Part shown: one piece after another, positions 60,837 to 64,000 of the stretch | Position numbering within the stretch: the stretch's first letter is position 1 | Layout of the letters: the number at the start of each line of letters is the position of its first letter | Assembly: GCA_042577985.1 (NCBI GenBank) | Contig: JBHPDI010000001.1 | Coordinates: 2,334-66,333 of the forward strand | Length of the DNA stretch: 64,000 nucleotides | Source: Halobacteriota archaeon | Lineage (GTDB): Archaea > Halobacteriota > UBA148 | Direction of reading: 5' to 3' | Notes under the pieces: generated by a model | The model's input: the letters and a program-made list of their open reading frames with translations, nothing else | What the model was told of the DNA's origin: nothing | Database searches by the model: none | Translations under genes and position numbers: made by a program

Positions 60837-61736
60837 ATGAGAGATAAAGTTTGCATCCTGATTCCAACACTCAACGAAGCAAATACAATAGGCGAAGTAG
60901 TCGAAGAGTTCAGTTCTATGGGATTTACAAACATCTTGGTGATTGATGGACATAGCACTGATGATACCATCAAAATAGCGAGGGAGAAGGGTGCTAAAGT
61001 TGTGACCCAGAAAGGAAAAGGCAAAGGTCAAGCTATTCAGCAATCATTTGATCTAATTGAGGAGGATATCATCGTGATGATCGACGGCGATGGGACTTAT
61101 CTTCCAGAAGAGGTGGATAGATTGCTAGCGCCGATCGAGAAAGGAACTGCTGATCATGTTATTGGAAACAGATTTGCAGAGCATAAGGGTGGGGCATTTA
61201 CAAAATTGAATCTATTCGGCAACCAAATTTTGAACAAATCATTTGGTCTTGCGTACGGTGCTTGGGTCACCGATATTTTGTCCGGATATAGGGCGTTCAC
61301 CAAGAAAGCAATCCAAGAATTAGAGCTGAATAAGACAGGATTTGAGACAGAGGCAGAGATCACCATAGAGAGCGTTAAAAAAGATTTGAGAATGGTGGAA
61401 GTGCCAATATCCTATTTATCTAGACATGAAAGAGCTGCAACAAAACTTCACCCTCTTAAGGATGGCTTTAGAATCGGAATCACCATATACAAGCTTACTA
61501 AAACGTACAATCCATTGTTATATTTTGGCCTGCTTGGGGCAGTTTTCATGGTGTTGGGCACTTGTGTAGGCTTCTACGTCGTACTAGAGTGGTTCAAAGG
61601 AATAACTCGCATTCCAATGACCATACTTGCCACTTTGCTGATCGTGATGGGTGTTCAAATGTTAATCTTCGGTCTTCTAAGTGATCTCCTCTCGTTATTC
61701 CACAAAGAATTGATGAGGGAGTTCAGAAGAAAGTAG
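60837..61736 (+). CDS. GT2 dolichyl-phosphate hexosyltransferase (AglJ/AglD/DPM1-like) with C-terminal TM helices
   Basis: Has VCILIPTLNEANTI...VIDGHSTDDT...DGDGTY and two C-terminal TM helices. The start was moved to MRDKV, in frame with the track ORF starting at 60804. Confidence 0.7.
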   Translation: MRDKVCILIPTLNEANTIGEVVEEFSSMGFTNILVIDGHSTDDTIKIAREKGAKVVTQKGKGKGQAIQQSFDLIEEDIIVMIDGDGTYLPEEVDRLLAPIEKGTADHVIGNRFAEHKGGAFTKLNLFGNQILNKSFGLAYGAWVTDILSGYRAFTKKAIQELELNKTGFETEAEITIESVKKDLRMVEVPISYLSRHERAATKLHPLKDGFRIGITIYKLTKTYNPLLYFGLLGAVFMVLGTCVGFYVVLEWFKGITRIPMTILATLLIVMGVQMLIFGLLSDLLSLFHKELMREFRRK

Positions 61737-61864
61737 GTCGTAAAATTGCTCTTCTGAACCATATCCTCTTCCCTTTACACAAAAATAATCAAGAATTATA
61801 TTAGAATAGTTTTCATTCCGCAGGGCAAGCAAGTATGTATATTAAACATCATAACAATAATTAG

Positions 61865-63448
61865 TTGGGTGGAAAAAAATTGAAACTAGTTCCAGATACA
61901 AGTGTCATTATAGATGGGAGGATCACTGCTAAAATAGAAGAAGGCGAGTTCAAGGGAGCCAAAATTATCATCCCAGAGGCAGTTGTCACAGAACTTGAGG
62001 CACAGGCTAACAAAGGTAGAGATATTGGATTCAGTGGCTTGGAGGAACTCAAGAAATTAAACGAGATGGCAAAAGAAGGCAAGATCACATTAGAATACAC
62101 AGGCGAAACTCCCACGCTTGAGCAGATCAGGCTTGCATCTAGAGGAGCGATCGACGCTATAATCAGGGCTGTAGCTGTCCAGCACAAAGCCATTTTCATA
62201 ACGAGTGATATCGTACAGTCAGAGGTAGCTCGAGCAAAAGGACTGGAGGTTATATACCTCTATCCAGAGAAGGAAGAGTTGGGTACTCTTTCTATCCAGA
62301 ATTTCTTCACCGATGACACGATGTTCGTACTTTTAAAGGCCAGGATTTGCCCAATGGCAAAGAGAGGAACGGTCGGAAAGATGCGATTGGTTAAGATACG
62401 AGATCAACCTTGTACAGAAAAGGAGCTGCGTGACATATCGCATGAGATCCTAGAAAGAGCCAAGAGAGATCCAGATGGCTTTATCGAGCTTGAGAAGAGG
62501 GGAGCCACTATCGTCCAGCTTGGATCTATGAGGATAGCGATAGCTCGTCCGCCTTTCTCGGATGGCATGGAAATAACGGCGGTACGCCCTATTGCGAAAG
62601 TCACGCTAGATGACTATCGATTTTGTAATGAATTAAAAGCAAGGTTGGTTGAGGGGCAAAGAGGAATAGTTGTTGCTGGACCCCCTGGTACGGGAAAGTC
62701 TACTTTTGCCGCCTGTTTGGCAGAGTTTCTGCAAAAGAGCGGATATGTGGTGAAGACCATGGAATCCCCCAGAGATCTTCAGGTACCAGATGAGATCACG
62801 CAGTACGCTCCTCTGGAAAACGACATGGCTGCTACGGCAGATATACTTCTCCTTGTCAGACCGGACTATACAATCTATGACGAGGTGCGTAAGACATCCG
62901 ACTTTCGTGTATTTGGGGATATGCGACTAGCCGGTGTGGGAATGGTGGGGGTGGTTCATTCCAGCAGGGCAATAGACGCCGTGCAGCGATTGATAGGGAG
63001 AGTTGAGCTTGGTATCATCCCGCAGATAGTTGACACGGTTGTATTCATCGACAAGGGGGAAATAGCCAAGGTATATGACGTGACGTTCAAGGTGAAAGTG
63101 CCGCATGGAATGGTTGAGGAGGATTTGTCTCGCCCGGTTATAGAGGTGGTTGACTTTGAGTCAGGACGTACGGAATACGAGATATACTCCTACGGAGACC
63201 AAGTTGTGGTCATGCCTGTTGAGAATCCAAGCAAACCAGCTTGGTCTCTGGCAGAGAAGGAAATTCATAAAGTTATTAGCAAGTATTCACGTGGTAACAT
63301 AGATGTGTTGATGATATCGGACGGAAAAGCTATCGTCTATCTTGATGGACGGGATATTCCTAGGATCTTAGGCAAAGGTGGTAAGAATATAGATCGAATT
63401 GAAGGCATTCTTGGGATAAGCATAGATGTTTGCGAAAGGGAGGATTGA
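61865..63448 (+). CDS. PIN-domain / PhoH-like P-loop ATPase / KH-domain protein (COG1855-type)
   Basis: 527 aa. Has an N-terminal PIN domain (VPDTSVIIDG...), the Walker A motif GPPGTGKST, and a C-terminal KH-like GKGGKNIDRIEGILG. Confidence 0.65.
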   Translation: MGGKKLKLVPDTSVIIDGRITAKIEEGEFKGAKIIIPEAVVTELEAQANKGRDIGFSGLEELKKLNEMAKEGKITLEYTGETPTLEQIRLASRGAIDAIIRAVAVQHKAIFITSDIVQSEVARAKGLEVIYLYPEKEELGTLSIQNFFTDDTMFVLLKARICPMAKRGTVGKMRLVKIRDQPCTEKELRDISHEILERAKRDPDGFIELEKRGATIVQLGSMRIAIARPPFSDGMEITAVRPIAKVTLDDYRFCNELKARLVEGQRGIVVAGPPGTGKSTFAACLAEFLQKSGYVVKTMESPRDLQVPDEITQYAPLENDMAATADILLLVRPDYTIYDEVRKTSDFRVFGDMRLAGVGMVGVVHSSRAIDAVQRLIGRVELGIIPQIVDTVVFIDKGEIAKVYDVTFKVKVPHGMVEEDLSRPVIEVVDFESGRTEYEIYSYGDQVVVMPVENPSKPAWSLAEKEIHKVISKYSRGNIDVLMISDGKAIVYLDGRDIPRILGKGGKNIDRIEGILGISIDVCERED

Positions 63449-63943
63449 AATAGAGAAAACAAATCACCATAAATTTTTCAGAGGATTTGTAGCGAAGAAT
63501 AAAACTATTGGTTGAGAAAGCCGATTATGTGTTCGAGAAAGAGGAGATCGTCTAACACATCAAGCCAGTCAGGTCTGTATTTTTCACATCTTATCAGGAT
63601 TCAAGCTTTTGAACACCTCCTATCCGAAAAGCTTCAAAAATATCTGAGAAATCTCCACTCTTTCTTGTGATCATTTCTAAATCATATTTCTAAATGAACT
63701 TTATATCGCAACTTTATAGCACCATATACGACTCTTAAATTCGTTGTCACTTCAATAGACGGAATTCTTTCAAGAATGTATTTTTGGTTTTATCAAAATC
63801 TTATCGCGTTTTAATATTATTTCTCCAGCAAATATTTTCTAGGGCGTTATTGTTTGCAGTCATCAGTATGTTTCTCCAAATATCGGTACCCTAGTCATAA
63901 ATCCTAAACGTATCCCATGTATAATCCTTCTCTATGGAGCAGT

Positions 63944-64000
63944 TTATTGAGGCTTGAGGTCAGGTCTAATTCTAGATTTTTCTGCTTGCTCGAAATAGTT
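63944..64000 (-). CDS. 3' end of an unidentified minus-strand CDS running off the window (C-terminus ...NYFEQAEKSRIRPDLKPQ*)
   Basis: In-frame stop at 63944-63946 with an open frame to the window edge. It is too short for the ORF track. Confidence 0.25.
   Translation of the reverse strand, partial: NYFEQAEKSRIRPDLKPQ

Overview
This window comes from an AT-rich archaeal chromosome that looks Methanosarcinales-like. It begins inside an rRNA operon on the + strand: the 3' ~1.6 kb of the 23S rRNA, an intron-containing tRNA-Cys(GCA), and the 5S rRNA. A reduced RNase P RNA candidate lies just downstream on the opposite strand. A short housekeeping stretch follows:
- AMMECR1 protein
- DUF47/PiT phosphate transporter pair with a PhoU-like regulator
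- dihydroorotase-like amidohydrolase
- an unassigned GC-rich structured RNA candidate
- Toprim protein and DnaG primase carrying an in-frame 33-bp tandem repeat
- GNAT acetyltransferase

From ~12.1 kb to ~61.7 kb the window is one large mosaic glycan-biosynthesis and protein-glycosylation island. It contains four NDP-sugar nucleotidyltransferases, a UDP-glucose dehydrogenase plus UDP-xylose synthase, and an RmlA/RmlB-type pair with an E1/ColD-like (His-variant) 3-dehydrase. There is also a GMD + FdtA-like isomerase + DegT aminotransferase + TylC3-like C-methyltransferase set, a complete GDP-D-glycero-alpha-D-manno-heptose pathway flanked by transaldolase and split transketolase, and an extra PfkB heptose-kinase-like gene. 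The island further encodes six GT4 and several GT2 glycosyltransferases, two dolichol-phosphate-hexose-synthase-like enzymes, a Wzx-type flippase, two flippase-like membrane proteins (one fused to a methyltransferase), two GT-C-like membrane proteins, two cobalamin-dependent radical SAM enzymes, an FrhB-like Fe-S protein and the AglB oligosaccharyltransferase.

Two decayed genes are embedded in the island: an AbrB-like gene with in-frame TAA and TAG codons, and a methyltransferase remnant. Several repeat arrays sit in its intergenic regions. The window ends with a PIN/PhoH/KH ATPase. No transposases, CRISPR arrays or integrases were seen.
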